A DNA stretch of 64,000 nucleotides from Octopus vulgaris (Eukaryota): the NCBI GenBank assembly GCA_951406725.2, contig OX597818.1, positions 24,366,001-24,430,000 of the forward strand. Reading direction: 5' to 3'. The notes under the pieces are model-generated. The model saw only the letters and a list, made by a program, of their open reading frames with translations. It was not told the DNA's origin and did no database searches. This document shows positions 13,000-27,562 of this stretch, piece by piece (within the stretch, counting starts at the first letter, position 1; each line of letters opens with the position of its first letter). The position numbers and the translations under genes are program-made.

Positions 13000-14540
13000 A
13001 TTTGTCTGCAGAAGGGAGCTTCCAAGGGCAGCCAGTCTTAACTTCCTCTTTGTGGCCTGGAGGACTATGATAAGCAAGAGGGGCTGAGAACCAATCCTTA
13101 GTGAACTACCTGTACACTAAGTTCCTTGTTATACTCATTGCCAACTTTCACTTAACTACAGCATTCTTGTACATGGCTTGTACATCTCTTATTAACTACT
13201 CATTTATCCCTAGCTTCCACATTGCCCACCAGATAATTAAGTGGGGAACCCAGTCAAAAGCTTTCTCCAGGACAACAAAAGCCAGGTACAAAGGTTTATT
13301 TTGGGCTAAATACTTCTCCTGTAGTTGCCTCATCAGAAAGATAGCATCAGTAATGCTTTTTCCTGGCACAAAACCAAACTGCATATACACTCTCTTCCTA
13401 ATTAATTGAGCTATGACCGTTTCTGTAACTTTCATCACCTGGTCCAGTAGTTTGATACCTCTGAAGTTATTTCTGTCTAAAGTGTCACCTTTACCTTTGT
13501 AGCAGCTGACTATAATGCTGCTACACTAGTCATTGGGCACGACTCCCTCATGGACAACCTGATTAACTATATGGGTGACCAAACCATATCTCACCCCGCC
13601 AGTTATTTTAAGCATCTCAGCAGTGATTCCTGATGGGCTGCGGTTTTTTCCTGTCTTCATATCCTTAATTGCTTTATCTACTAAGCTACAGTTGATTCAG
13701 ATAACTGGTCCTTCTCTTGGGTTCACATTAGGCAGACTCTCCTTCTAGTGGCATTTCTAAGCCTCTTTCTTTATAGAACCACTAACTGCAAGTGAGCCAT
13801 CATCCATGAGAACACACTTCTCTTCTACAACATCATGGCTTTCTCTGACACACTGTCTTGCAATCCAAGACATCTCAAGCTTCTGGTCCTCATACCGCAA
13901 AACATTGGCAGACTTCTTCCTTCCTACTTCTCCCCAGGCTAAGTATACCTGTCATCTAGCTATCTGATATAGTTCCTGCTACTACCATTCTTTTAGTTTC
14001 TTCACTCTAATGGCTCTGTCTACTACACTGTTCCACCATCATATCACCCTAGGTCTGGTTGGGACTTTGCACCAGCCATAGATTTGTTTTGTGACACTCA
14101 GTAAGTTGTCCTGTAGGAACTTCCAGCTGTCCTCTAGGTTACATGTCTGATTCCTCCTCCCTATGAAATGCTTCAATTAAGATGCCTCTAAATCTCTGAC
14201 AATTTAAAATATCCTTAAGCTTCCAAATCCTTCTTTTCCAGAGAGGTCTGCTTTTGGAATCCTTCAAGCTTGAAGCTACTAATTACTAACCTATACTGAG
14301 GGGTACATTCTTCATTGGAGAAGACCTTTGCATTTATGAGCAACCAGGTATCTCACTTTGTAATCAATCTGGCTGGTGTGGTCACCCATTTGGTAGGTTA
14401 TTATGTGAGTGACTGTCTTCTTGAAGTTAGTGTTGCAGATCATTAGGTTATTCACACCACAGAACGCCAGTAGCCTTATTCCCTCCTCATTTTAGGAACC
14501 AATTCCCTGGTCACCATGTACACCAAGTCTGAGACAGACT
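13000..14540 (-). mobile_element. Decayed RTE LINE, endonuclease end to RT
   Basis: MQFGFVPGKSITDAIFLMRQLQEKYL, LEKAFDWVP and the upstream NNLMICNTNFKK motif. Confidence 0.88.
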
Positions 14541-17500
14541 AGCGTCACATCCAGGTGAGGAATATATATGCCATGGAAACCAGCCCTATGAGTCTATATA
14601 ACTAGAGAAGGAACTTTACTTTTTTTTATGTATATATGTGTGTGTGTGTTTGTGTTAGTATGTGTGTGCATGTGTGTGTATGTGTGTATATATATATATA
14701 TTGTTGCTACATACAGTAAATAAGATAACCAGACAACAGTAAAAACAATATAATGAACTAACAAATCTCTTTACACACCAACAATCAATTCTCCTTGTGA
14801 ACTAACCAACTGACACCTTCCGACTTCACTGTGAACTAACATGAACTTCACTTGACTCCAAACTATGCTCATTGAACTTACATGGATCATGAGAGACACC
14901 TTAGCCAGTTAAAAATGAGACATACAGCAGAATGAAGGGTAATACCAATGGAAGTCTTCTATGATATGTTTGAAGTGTCAGCACCGAGAAATATTGAACC
15001 CTGTCAGAAAAGTGAAGGCAGAAGTTAGATACAGTGCACCAATTGCAATGAATCCATACATTCTCTGAAAATTTACTTATGTTCCTCCTGTACCTTTGCT
15101 ACCTCTTTCTTTGCAATCTGCCTGGATGCTTTGTAAGTTTCATGCACTGCATCTTTTGCTACTATACTGCTAACTCTCTACCAGTATCTGAACCTTTCTC
15201 TCTCTCCTTTCTCATTAATCACTTGAAAAAGCAGATGTTAAATTGACAAAGGTGGTGGTGAGGGGATGATGTTGATGATAATAAAGTGACAAGCAACAAT
15301 GACAACAACAAAAACAACCATGATGATAGCACTCATGATGCTGATGATGAAGGTAATGAAATGATGAAAGTTCTCGTGAATGGATGGTAGCATTAAGAAT
15401 GACAGTAGTTATTTAATACTAATGAACAGAGTACATTTTGTTTTCTAGACATGTTCATTGTCATTTGTACATTTAGAAATTATAAAGATAAATACCTAAC
15501 AGAACACTATCTATTGAGATTGATATGAAAACAGAATAGCTTAATAAATATGACTTTGTGTTATCTTACATAACTTCAACATCTGATTTAACTGTTGTTC
15601 CAATTTATAATCAAGAAGAGCATACAATAACTTCTGATTAATTGAATATTGGCCACACTGAAATATCACCTTAATGTTTATTATTAAATATCAATTTTAC
15701 ATTAATTACTAGTCATTTGATATCCTTATGTCAAAATTCAGTAAAGACAAATAAATTGTAATTAATTGGAATTGCAAATCAAAGAATTTCTATTCTTAAT
15801 TGCCTCTGATTAAGTTCTCATCAAACTAGCAATGTGATGTACCAGTAGTTTAGCATACATGACAGTTATTTTAAAAGCTGAATCGTATGTATAATGGATC
15901 CTCAAGATAATTTCACACATGTCATCATTAGATAAATCACAATTGTACTAAAGGTGATAGTATAGCTGATATTACACAAATTGTGATTCATTTTCGGACG
16001 GCATTATATAAATTACATTATGTACAAGTGTTATACATAACAAACAATTATAATGGTTACATTTAGAGAGCCTACACTTCAAAAGTCATGGAAGTAAACC
16101 TTGTCATCAACATTTTGTTTTTCCTTTGTCATGATACCTTAATTACAGCAGTTAATATAGATGGAAAAAATTTTATCAACATAAAACAATCAAAACACAT
16201 ATTCAAATCTGAAACTGCCAAAATCAACAAATTTAAACAAGTAATGTCAAAGTTATAAAAAATTATCAATACAAACAAAATGCTTGTGTTATTTTTAATT
16301 ATTCTTTAACATAGTGATTCAAACTATGTATAAGAAAAACCATGCTGAAGTATGATAAGTTACCATAGCATATATTGATGGGTAAATGTACTCAAGTGAA
16401 AAAGATTGATTCATAAACAGTAGGCTCTGTTTTCTGAACACTGATAAGGACTGTGTCCCTGGTGAAGTTTGGAGTTTACTATACCATCCCATCCTTTGAA
16501 TTTAATAAAATAAGTATCAATAGTATACTAGATTTATAATCAATTACACCTTACCTTTACAAATTTGTGATCTTATATTTTGTGATCAATGCTTATACTC
16601 CATCAGTGATACAGCATTGTACCTTTAGGAAAATACCTGATACCTCTTGCCTTGCTGAAATGGCAGTAGAGTGAGCAAAGAAAAAGAGGGTAAAATGCGA
16701 TTTAAGGAAAATTTAGCTGCTATAATTTTAATATGTATATAATGCAAGAAAATATTGTCTTCTGTATCTCAAAATTGAGACAGTGTTAAGATTATTGTAA
16801 CATCTAAAGTTGGTTCTTTGTTAATAGCATTCAAGACTCTCATTATAACAGTCACAGCTGTTTTATTATTTGCAGTTCCAGTTATTTGTCCACACAATGT
16901 CTTTTATGCTGGTTTGGCAAATATATTTCTTTCAGATGGTATACATGTATACTTAGTAACATTCTAACATCTGTGCTCTTAATGATAGCTGGATAGTTAT
17001 CTTTAATTGTTCTGTCTGTCATGTGTTTTATATATTTATGTTTAGTCAGTAGAAGATAACAATGTGTTCTTTGATTGATCAAATTTCTCCTTAAGACTAT
17101 ATTTTGAAGTAATTTGTGATTCCAACAGCTTCATAGTTTCTAGTAGCCAGTGCTTAAAATAAGGATATAACCAAAAGACTTTCTATTGTTCTTTCATCCC
17201 ACTTCCCCTTCTACAGCCTTTTGTTTTGTTTATTCAGTTGGCATTAAGATCTCTAGGAAAGGTGTTTTACAAAATATTGTTTATCATGTGACTAAAAATA
17301 TTCTCTTTAATTCTAAACTTCATTTGCTTTGAAGTATTGATGAGGTACACTAATCAAAATTGTTCCCATATTGAGAAGAGATAAACACTATTGAAAAATG
17401 CTTAATTCAACCAAACAAAGCAAAGATAACAACTCAAAAATCAATAAAATATTTGATGGGAAATTGATTGATATACTGAAATCTTAATTAACATTTGAAG

Positions 17501-17819
17501 GAGACAATATGGTGATGGTTAAAAAAGAAACCAATTTAGCAGACACACTTCTCTCTTTAATTAACTTCATAACTCTTGTTTCATTGAGCTGCTGGCTCAG
17601 GGGTGCTGAGGCTAGACACAATAACAAAGAGGAAAAAGCTTTTTAGAATATGTCAGTGTTACTAATATTACTCTTGGAATAGATTAAGTCAAAGTCTCTT
17701 TCACATTCTTTCAATTTTTTTCTTGAAAGGTTCTTTTTGTAAGTAGGTTGTAAAAGTGATTACTCTATAATTTTAGGCATTAGTTATGTCACTGTATTTG
17801 GGAAGTAGGCTGATATTTG

Positions 17820-18128
17820 TTGTTGTTTGTTCCTTCTCGAGCCATACCTGGCTCATAAGGGCCAGTTTCCCAGTTTCTTGGCGTATAGGTTCCCCACCTG
17901 GATGGGACGCTGGTCCGTCGCAGGCGAGCTGCAAGATGCAGGAGGGAAGAGTGAGAGAAAGTTGTGGCGAATGAGTCAGCAGAAGTTCGCCATTACCTTC
18001 TGCCGGAGCCGCATGGAGCTTAGATGTTTCGCTCATAAACACACACATCGCCCAGTCTGAGATTCAAACCCACGATCCCTCGACCACGAGTCTGCTGCTC
18101 TAACCACTAGGCCATGTGCCTCCACTAG
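17820..18128 (-). mobile_element. tRNA-derived SINE
   Basis: Minus-strand head gtggaggcacatggcctagtggttagagca...gtgggtttgaatctc with A/B-box-like motifs and an (AAC)n tail. Confidence 0.75.
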
Positions 18129-18129
18129 G

Positions 18130-19400
18130 CTGATATCACTTGTAGCAAACCAGATTTTCAATCAACTGATTACTGAATACACTTGATGATGTCACTGGCT
18201 GGATTACTGATAGTTGAACTAAAACCCTTTTAACTGATCTGGGACAAGTTTCTTTCAAAAATTGGTGTCACTCTCTATTAGACTTCATCATTTGTGATAT
18301 TTCATTGCTGATGTACATTCTTGTTTAAAAACCAAACAGGAATGCACATTCCTGTTTTCTTTCTATGTTATTTTTATTACTCTTATCAAGCCTGCTACTT
18401 TGCAAATGTTTTCCCATAATTCATTGATTAATTGTGTGCTTTGTAATGTTTATTGTTCTGGTGGTTAAGCTGGCCAAAAAATCTCTATGCACTTTCTTTA
18501 AACATCTTCTAATGGCTAAAGATTAAAGCCTTTTCTCATACCTTTGTATCCTTTCTTTTGTTTAATATTTTGTTTTAACACTACTGTTCTTTTTGTCATC
18601 TTAGCTTTTTTCTTTTCTTCTTCTTTGTCTTATATCTTTACTTGTATTCTCTGTTTCAGTTTCTAGTATGAGTGTAGTAAGATCTTTTCTCACTTTAGTG
18701 ATTTCCATTATTCTGATTTTGCCTGCTAGGAGTTTATCACTGGTGTTTCTTTTGTTGTCATTTCTATGTGTCATTTTTCATTTACCATTTATATATTCGT
18801 TGTATACATCAAATGGCTTAGATCCGTGACATTTATTCTATAATCTTTGATTATTGATTCATTGACATTCTGCATGGCCTTTTCAACTCTTTTGTCACAG
18901 GTGCCTTTGGTATTGACTTTCTGTTACAAGCATTTTATTGTCTCAGTGTATCCCAACTGCTGATCAGGTTGTCTTTCATTTGTCAACAAATTGCCTGTTT
19001 GATTGTCATTATCTGTATGCTTTTATTCATTGAAGCCTGAGGAGATTGATTACATTTACCTACACCTGCTTACCAATTTAAATGTAGTTGTATGAGTTTG
19101 AATTTCTATGGTTATTCATATTATGTCATCTCGTGGTTGTCAATTGTTTGACCATGTATACTTAGTCTGGCAACTGCTATTTCATAATTTCTAGTTTCAC
19201 AGTTCATACATCATATTAATAGCAGTTTGCCATGGTATTTTAAGTTCACCTTGAAGTTGTATCTAACTACCTCTTTATACTGTTCTTTATATCATCTAAG
19301 TTTCTGTGTCTTTGTAAATTCTACGTCAAATGTTCTTCTCCTTGAGTTTCAATTTGAGGCATCTAGTGGTTCTCTTTAGTATTTATCAGGTCAATAATAG
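18130..19400 (-). mobile_element. Very old LINE remnant
   Basis: Patchy LINE-like peptides on the minus strand (IMTIKTGNLLTNERQ) with many stops. Confidence 0.4.
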
Positions 19401-21380
19401 AATAAGATCAATACATACCTGTCATCTCACAACCTGCTAGCAATTACAACTGCTGTCAACATGTACCTTTCACACCTTATGTGTGCAAGATTTATCCTAA
19501 GTGAAGAAATCTTTCACATGCAAAGTGCAGATTTCACATGTAATCTAGTTGTCATGTAATTATTCATTTGGTACTCCTCAGCTTCTGTTATTGGACATAT
19601 TTTCCTTGCATTCAAAAGAGATTTTCTCTTGTGGTTTACTCATTTATCCATGGAATTTAAATAGTTTTACTTACATGATGTCAGGTAATATGAACAGTGG
19701 AAACTATTACTCTACTCTGTATATAACACAGTCTTTAACTATCAATATAATTAGTACTATCACAATGAATGATTTTTTAAAAATCCCTGTAAATAACATG
19801 CCTAGCAATAAGATCAATTAGTTTTTCTCTCTGTCTTCCTTTGTTTATTTTTTTGACCTTCAGTGTCAAAACTGATAAAGAGACAGACAGAGCCTTTTTA
19901 CTACTGGAACACAAAAAAAAATCATATTTTGGGGAATTATGATATATAGAAGGATACTAAATACAAGGGTCAGCATTAAAAAAATGGTTTTGTACACATT
20001 TTCTTTGTTACATGGAAAAAGAAAAAGTCAAGTAATTTAGCTTTTATATTCAACTAATTAGAAAAAAAAAAGGCTAGATACACAGACTCTGAAGGTTAGC
20101 TCCCCACTTAGCTGTAATTATTATAAGGCTATAAGTTCCAGCAATGAAAGATGTTCCTGGGATTTACTGATAGAGGAAATGAATGATGAATCCATTTGTA
20201 AAATAATCTTTTTTACCACTAGATGGCTGAAATGAATAAAAGCTGATATAAACTGACATTCTACCCTAAATGGGAAAATATATTTCAACTGCTTAATACT
20301 GCACAATCTGTGAAGAATCCTAACATATAACAACACTTGATAGGTAAATTTAGAGAAATTGTGTGTAAAGTTGCTGAACTACTTCAAATAGCAGCCAAAA
20401 CTCACTCAAATTACTTCCTACTATCTTAAAAGATGGACAGCATTGGACAATGTTGTCATAAATATGCAGAAATTTGGGATGGTCAAGATGAGTGACCTTG
20501 ATAGTGGATCCTTTCACTAAGGCCTGACCTAGGGCTAGCAAGGAATGAAATGAAATATGAGAAATGATGTGTATTTCAGCTATTGATGAAATATTTCTTA
20601 CATCTAAATATGTTTGTTTTCCCAACCTAATAAAGCCTTGTCATCAATAATTCGCATATATATATATATATATATCTCTCATATAAGTGCACCCAACATA
20701 TACATGTATTACACCTAATCAGAAACTAACACAAAGAATATATTACAAAACACCCACAAATCTAATAGCCACAGAACACACTTCAAGCAACCAATGTAAT
20801 ATACAAATTTCAATGTAAACATAAAAATTGAAACTGTTTCATTGAACACACAAGTACAAAACTTTCTCATCAGTTGACTATATCAAGGAGCCTTTGTAAT
20901 ATATTTTCATACAAAATGCAAAGCAAAGCTAGACAGAAAAATATCAGCTGATAATACTATCAACTTATAAAGAATTCCACCAAAAACAATAAAAATTCTT
21001 AGTTGTGGAAGCTAACAAAATATAGACTAAAATTCAATACACAAATGCAACACATAGAATAAACTAGGTAAATAAAATGGAATTAGTAGTTAAACAAACT
21101 GTTAATTCAGTGAAGAACCTTTCTTTCAGTTACATCACTGTCATGATCACTTGATGTCTACTATAAAAATATAGCAACAAAAATTGCCACTATCATCATT
21201 TCACTTACAAGATTAGACTTAGTAGGTCTAGAAATATTAATTAACTTAGGAACATATTCATTCAAAATTAAACATAAAGGACTAGCAAGCTTGTAGGAAG
21301 AGTCCTTAATAAAGACTAAATCGAAATGCTGTCATGTCTTTGATACAATCTGTTTAAAAGAAAAATTGTGTGTGTGTGTG

Positions 21381-21438
<58 letters not shown>

Positions 21439-22219
21439 TTTGAAGCTCAGAAGTTTCTTGCAACATAGGATTCCTCAGGTGATGAAACGATGAATGGAAA
21501 AACTTGACTGATGAACCAATAAATAACAACAAACACAGCAAATTATTTGAAATATTTTTTAAAAAAGAGTACAGCAATGTGAGGTTGCCATGCTGTTGAT
21601 GGTTGAGGAGAAAAAATTTCTATAATAACTAAACTACATGTCACTTATGCAGGGTGTGGAATACATTACTATGAGAAAGTCAGTGGTGGTTAAATATTAA
21701 TACAACAACAAAGAAGAACCATTATTGTATGGTGTTACATGATGCCTGAGATCAATGATCTGTATGATCAGTTTGCAACAGAAATAAGACGAATTTATTC
21801 ATATACCTGCACATAGACAAAACTTTTGCCTGCTTATGTAACATATTCAAGCATTGAATCAACATGATATACATCTCTGCCAATCAAAAATTACATCTCT
21901 TTACTCCATTGGAATATGGGGTTTTTAGTTGTAATGACACTGCAGCTTATATGTTAACAAAATCATTGAAAAGCCAGCATGCTTATAGTTTGGGGAACTT
22001 AATCTAGTGATATTACCTTTTTTTAATATCTGAATTTCTTGTAAAAATATAATTATGCTGGTTAGGTTCAGAGTATCATTTCAAAGGGATATTTTAAGTA
22101 TATTTTTCAAAAACAACTGAAACAAAAAACTACATTATAGTTCTTGATTTTCCGAAAGAAAATTATTTATCATTTTTATCCGTTACAAAAATGTTGTTAA
22201 CAAATAAAATATAACTTAC

Positions 22220-22282
22220 AGAAGTGCTGGACAATTTCCCTTCAAGGTTTTCCAATTTCATTTGTCTTTTTTTCTCTTCTCT
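22220..22282 (-). CDS. SELENOS: Internal coding exon (63 nt, phase 0/0) of a selenoprotein S-like gene: REEKKRQMKLENLEGKLSSTS
   Basis: Acceptor ttattatgtatcctccag and donor gtaagt. It continues the 43905-44011 exon in frame and resembles human SelS LEEEKRRQKIE. Confidence 0.72.
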
Positions 22283-22584
22283 CTGGAGGATACATAATAA
22301 CCAAAACAGAAATATCAATTTACATACACAACTGATCATTTCATATGATGAAAAACAGGATTTCAATATATTATTATGGAACAAAATATTTAACAACCTC
22401 TGGTTCAAGTTTTTCCAATAAGTCTCTGTTAACAACAAAGAGCTTCTCTTGTTGAGTTCAACACAGATTGTGTGATATATTGAAATAACATGCATACAGG
22501 ATGCAGAAGATAAAGGATATGTTAGAAACAAACAAGGCAATCACGCCCTGCAAAATAAATTTGTTACAGTTATATAGAAATACA

Positions 22585-22930
22585 CTAGCAGTATAACCCG
22601 GCCTTGCCCGGGATTAAGTTACGATTATTAAGCTAATCAAGTTCTTTATTTCAAACCAAACTAAGTAATATTGACTCTCAACAAAACACTTTTTTACTCG
22701 GCGTAAAATAAAAACAAAACTCTTTCGCACCCAAAGTAATATGTGTGAGAGAGAGGGGGGGGAGAAAGATGAACGATTTAAAATAAATATATTGTAATTG
22801 TTGTATGAGAAAGTATATGTACTATGATTATAAAATATAGTGTCTTTCAAAAACATCCTGAATTTGAACACTATATCTTGTGTTTAAGAAAAAACAAAAC
22901 ATTTTACATTTTATTTTTTATGAATGTCGT

Positions 22931-22961
<31 letters not shown>

Positions 22962-23267
22962 ACTTTGTCTTTCCCATGAAACTCTCTGCCCCGCTTCCAC
23001 TTTTCTTTATCTTTTTTTTTGTTAGACGCTGTCAAAAAGCTATGGCTGATATTTTTTATGGCTAAAAGCTATGGCTGAAAATAGAATTTTACTGCTATTC
23101 GTGGGTGCCTCGGGAAAAAATAAGTTGACAAAACCCAGATAGGATGTTGACGGATGTCCTCCTAAAATTTGAGCGACATGCATGCTAATTTGTGGATGTG
23201 CATAAACTACAATCACGTACACATACACACACACACACACACACTCACACACATCTTGCCTTATAGA
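22585..23267 (-). mobile_element. Complete non-autonomous Helitron; a related 3' fragment lies at ~62548-62630
   Basis: Minus strand: A|TCTATAAGG...cccgggcaaggccggg hairpin, ttatactg, CTAG|T. Canonical A/T insertion with no TSD. Confidence 0.82.
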
Positions 23268-23326
23268 TAAACAGATAATGCAATGGCATATCATAAGCAG
23301 ATATAAAAAAGAGCTCATTATGTCGG

Positions 23327-24786
23327 ACAGGAGTGGGACATAATTCCATTTGCTGCACCAACATAAGAGATGCAATGGAATCATGGTAGGTTATCAGATA
23401 AGGTTGTTTTTGTGTGTGGCAGATGCACAGGAGCAATAAGTACTAAGAGCACAAGGGACTTAAACTCTCTCAAATGCCTAGGAGGATCTCTTGAGGTAGT
23501 ACATAGTTTCTGCTATTTACATGACTAAATTAGTAACTGTGGTGGATGCTCTGAAAGTATTGTTTCTAGAATAAGAATAGGACGAAGAAAATTCAGATAA
23601 CTACTACCCCTATTGGCAGCAAAAAGGACTCTCTCTCTCTCAGAATGAAAGGGAGATTGTATGATGCTTGTGTGAGAATAGCTATGTTGCATGGTAGTGA
23701 GACAAGGAGTCTGACTGTGGAGGACATGTGTAGACTGGAGAGGAATGAAGGCAGTATATTCCATTGGATTTTAAACATCAGTGTGCATGACCGACAAAGC
23801 ACAACTGTGTTGAGAGAAAAGTTAAGCATAAGAGGGATTAAATGTGGCATGCAGGAGAGGAGAATGCATTGGTTTGGACATGTGATGCATGTGAGTGAAG
23901 ACAGTTGTATACAGAAGAGCCTGTCACTGAAAGTGGATGAGACCTGTGGAAGTGGAAGACCTTGGAAGACATGGAATGAAGTGGTGAGGACCGATCTTAG
24001 GATGTTGGGGCTTACAGATGAAATGACAATGGACCCAGATGTTTGGCAATATGAAGTTCTAGAGAAGACCCGTCCATGAAACTGAGTGCTAGAAGAGTTG
24101 TGTCCCGACCACATGTAACAACACACTTTTCACCCACTTTACCCTAAGAAACTGAACTACAACTCCTCTTCTAAACTTTCTCTTCCTCACATTTCCTCTT
24201 CCTAGGCTGGAGGAAGTTCAGATAACCACTATTTCTGTTAGCAGCAAAAGATCTCTCTCTCTCAGAGTGAAAGGGAGGTTGTATGATGCTTGTGCGAGAA
24301 AGGTTATGTTACATGGTAGTGAGACAGGGACTCCGACTGTGGAGGACATGTGTAGACTGGAGAGGAATGAAGGTAATATACTGCATTGGACTCGCAGCAT
24401 CAGTATGCAAGTTGAGAGAAAAGTTAAGCAAGACACTTGTTTAAGTCTCTCTCTTTGTCAAACTAAACTTTCATCCTCTGACAAAAGTTCTCCTCAAATG
24501 CTCCTGCCCCTCTCATAATTCCTTGTCTTGCAAGTTACTTAGTTAACCTATGATCGTTTTCCAATCCCCTTTTTTACCTTCACTGTCCAACTCACTGTAT
24601 TGCTGCTCCCCCACCCACAACACCCACACACTATTTTTCTACCCAGGTTCTATGCGCAGATCCTTGTTACTTGTGAGTATACGATAGCATTACACCATCC
24701 CTCTTCTGCTCTTTTGTTCTCTTTCTTACACTTTTGCTGTTTTCTACTCTCCCTCTTCTTGTTTTTCATCTGATTAGGTAACCAAG

Positions 24787-24824
<38 letters not shown>

Positions 24825-25365
24825 ACTGGGTAACCATGTACCTCCTCTATAGCAAGACACCCTTTTCTGCCTCTATTTCTCTGTTACACTCTAACCTTTT
24901 ATCATCTGATACTGGATCACCTCCTCTAATGTCCCCTCTGCTATTGCAAGACACCTGCTTCTGTCTCTCTGTCTCTTTGTCACACTAAACTTTCACCCTC
25001 TGACACAAGTTCCTCTCCTCAAATTCCCCAGCTCCTCTCATAATTCCTAGTATTGTAAGTTACTTGGTTAACCTGCCAGTGCTGGTGCCATGTTAAAAAC
25101 ATCTAGTCCACACTAATGTGGTTGGCGTTTGGAAGGGCATCCAACTGTAAAAATCATGCAAAAACTAACCTCAACTGTGCTAGTGTCACGTAAAAAGCAC
25201 TGCATCCAATCTGCAGAGTGGTTGGTATTAGAAAGGGCATCCAGTCATAAAATCCTTACCAAAACAGACACAGTAGCTTAGGGTAGTTTTTCTACCTGGC
25301 GAGCTCCTGTCAACCATCCTACCCATGCATACATGGAAGATGGATGTTAATCAATGATGATGATA
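23327..25365 (+). mobile_element. Decayed RTE LINE 3' part with a partial internal duplication (24210-24430) and long 3' UTR
   Basis: KGRLYDACVRIAMLHGSET...WFGHVM...GRPWKTW; (ATG)n tail at ~25353. Confidence 0.88.
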
Positions 25366-25629
25366 AATATAGGTTTGATAAAACAAATAGGATGAACAGA
25401 AGTCAATGAGTATATATATATATATAACCTTCTACACACACACATATATATATATATGTGTGTGTGTAGAAGGTTAAAAAGGAACACATGAGTTGATATA
25501 TATGGAAAAAAGAGTCAAGGTAGAAAATGCTAAAATAATTTTATAAAAAATGAAATGTTTTTTATAAAATTATTTTAGCGTTTTCTACCTTGACTCTTTT
25601 TTTCCATAAATAAATAAATAAATAAATAA

Positions 25630-25677
<48 letters not shown>

Positions 25678-25989
25678 TATATATATACACATATATACAT
25701 ATATATATTTAATATTTGTAATTGGCAGAAAATTACTAATGTAAGTCAAGGACCAAGAACTTCATGCATGGCACTTATCATGCACAAAAATCTCGGCCTT
25801 TAACCTACATTTGTAACTTTCTGCCAATTAAATTTTGCAAACAGACACTCACCCACATACCCCCACCCCTACAAACAGCACTGAAGCAGTACTTTCAGTA
25901 GCAGTACTACAAGAGAGAAGCTGAAACAAGCAAAAGTGTATATAATTATCATTTGTTGTCTGTGTTTTACAAATTTCTTCTCGATGCTA

Positions 25990-26692
25990 GCGCTGGATGT
26001 GCAATGTCAGTGTGCATGTTCAACAGTGTAAGCATCTTGAGAGAAAAGTTGGGCATAAGAGGAATCAGATGTGATGTGCAAGAGAGACAACTGTGCTGGT
26101 ATGATCATGTGATGCATATGGGCGAGGACAGCAGTGTAAAGAAGTGCCAATCTCTAACTGTGGAAGGAACCTGTGGTAGAGGTAGACCCAGGAAGACATG
26201 GTACAAGATGGTGAAGCATGATCTTCAAACTTTGAGCCTCGCAGAGGCAATGACAGGTGACCAAGACCTTTGGTGATGTGCTGTGCTTGAGAGGACCTGT
26301 CAAGCAAAGTGCAGCCATGCTGGTGGCATGTAAAGAGCATCTTTTGAACATTGGGCCTCACTGAGGCAAAGACCAAGACCTTTGGCATTATGTCGTGCTT
26401 GAGGAGAAGACCTATCAAGCCAAGCAAAATCGCTGTCATGGTGTCACACAAATTGGCACCCATGCCAGTGGCACGTCAATGTACACCAGTGTCATGCAAA
26501 TGGCACCTGTGCCGGATGCACATAAAAGCACCCAATACACTCTCAGAGTGGTTGGCATTAGGAAGGACATCCAGCTATAGAAAACCATGCCAAATCTGAC
26601 TGGAGTCTGCTGCAGCCTTCTAGCAAGCCAGCCCATCCAACTGTCCAACCCATGTCACCATGGACAACAGATGTTAAATGATGATGATGATG
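25990..26692 (+). mobile_element. RTE LINE 3' end
   Basis: LREKLGIRGIRCDVQERQLCWYDHVM..GRGRPRKTW; tail gttaaatgatgatgatga. Confidence 0.85.
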
Positions 26693-27562
26693 ACAGCTCA
26701 TCCCACTCTGGGTCAGTCTAGATGTCTGAAGATACCATTTTCTTTTCATGTGTTCTATTTTTACATGGGTTCTATAACAAGAAACCCTTCTTAACACCAA
26801 CCACTTTACAAAATGTACTGGATACATTTTATCATGGTACTAGCAATTTTGATAGGACAAAATTCACCAGTCCTCTTCACCCTTCATTACCTCTGCTCAT
26901 TGACCAATCACTTTTCAGGATGTATTTGGTGTATTTTATCATGGCATCAACATTAGTGAAATTATTTGCAGCATATGACCAACTGAATGGAGAAAAGAGA
27001 CAGTAGAAGATGAACTAGGTTGAGAGAGAAGAAGAGGTGAGACTATGATGGGAGAAACAGAACACCTGGAGTGCCAGTGTGGAGGAGAAAGGAGAAATTA
27101 GAGAGAGACAGTGGTAGAAAGTATATAAGAGACACTAACTGCAGGGGTATCATAAGACAGTGACAAATGTCAGAAAAGAAGTGACCTGAGGCAGAACAAT
27201 GTCTAACAATACAAGAGGATAAACAGAAGGGTACATCAGATAGCAACAAATCCCAAGCAATCACTCATTACTCAAGCACTGTGATGGGAGATAGTTAAGT
27301 GTAGGGTAGAGAGATAAATATAGCAATATTAGGGAGACATAGATGTGCATAACTAATGTTCCCTTGTTTGCTCTTGTGACAATGGTTATAATGGTATAGT
27401 GAATAGAAGAGAAGACAATAGAGGTGCCAAATAGATAAGAGGGACTGCAAAGGGCAGTACAAAGTGTACGAAAGGTCCAGATGTAGATATAAATTATGTA
27501 ACCAAGTCTCCAGTACTACTCATATACATGATTTTAAATACATTTTTCAAGAAAACTGTATA

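Noticed and set aside
17820-18128. tRNA genes at SINE heads
   Set aside because: They have A/B-box-like motifs but no complete cloverleaf, and continue into SINE bodies.
21209-21227. Minus-strand microexon candidate ttctag|ACCTACTAAGTCTAATCTT|gtaagt
   Set aside because: It gives an immediate stop in phase 0 and has no SelS similarity; likely chance splice motifs.
21440-21500. CTGAGGA...GAAA hammerhead-like or SECIS-like motif on the minus strand
   Set aside because: There is no stem I partner and no convincing helices. The same applies to CTGATGA at 6521 and CTGAAGA(-) near 50800.
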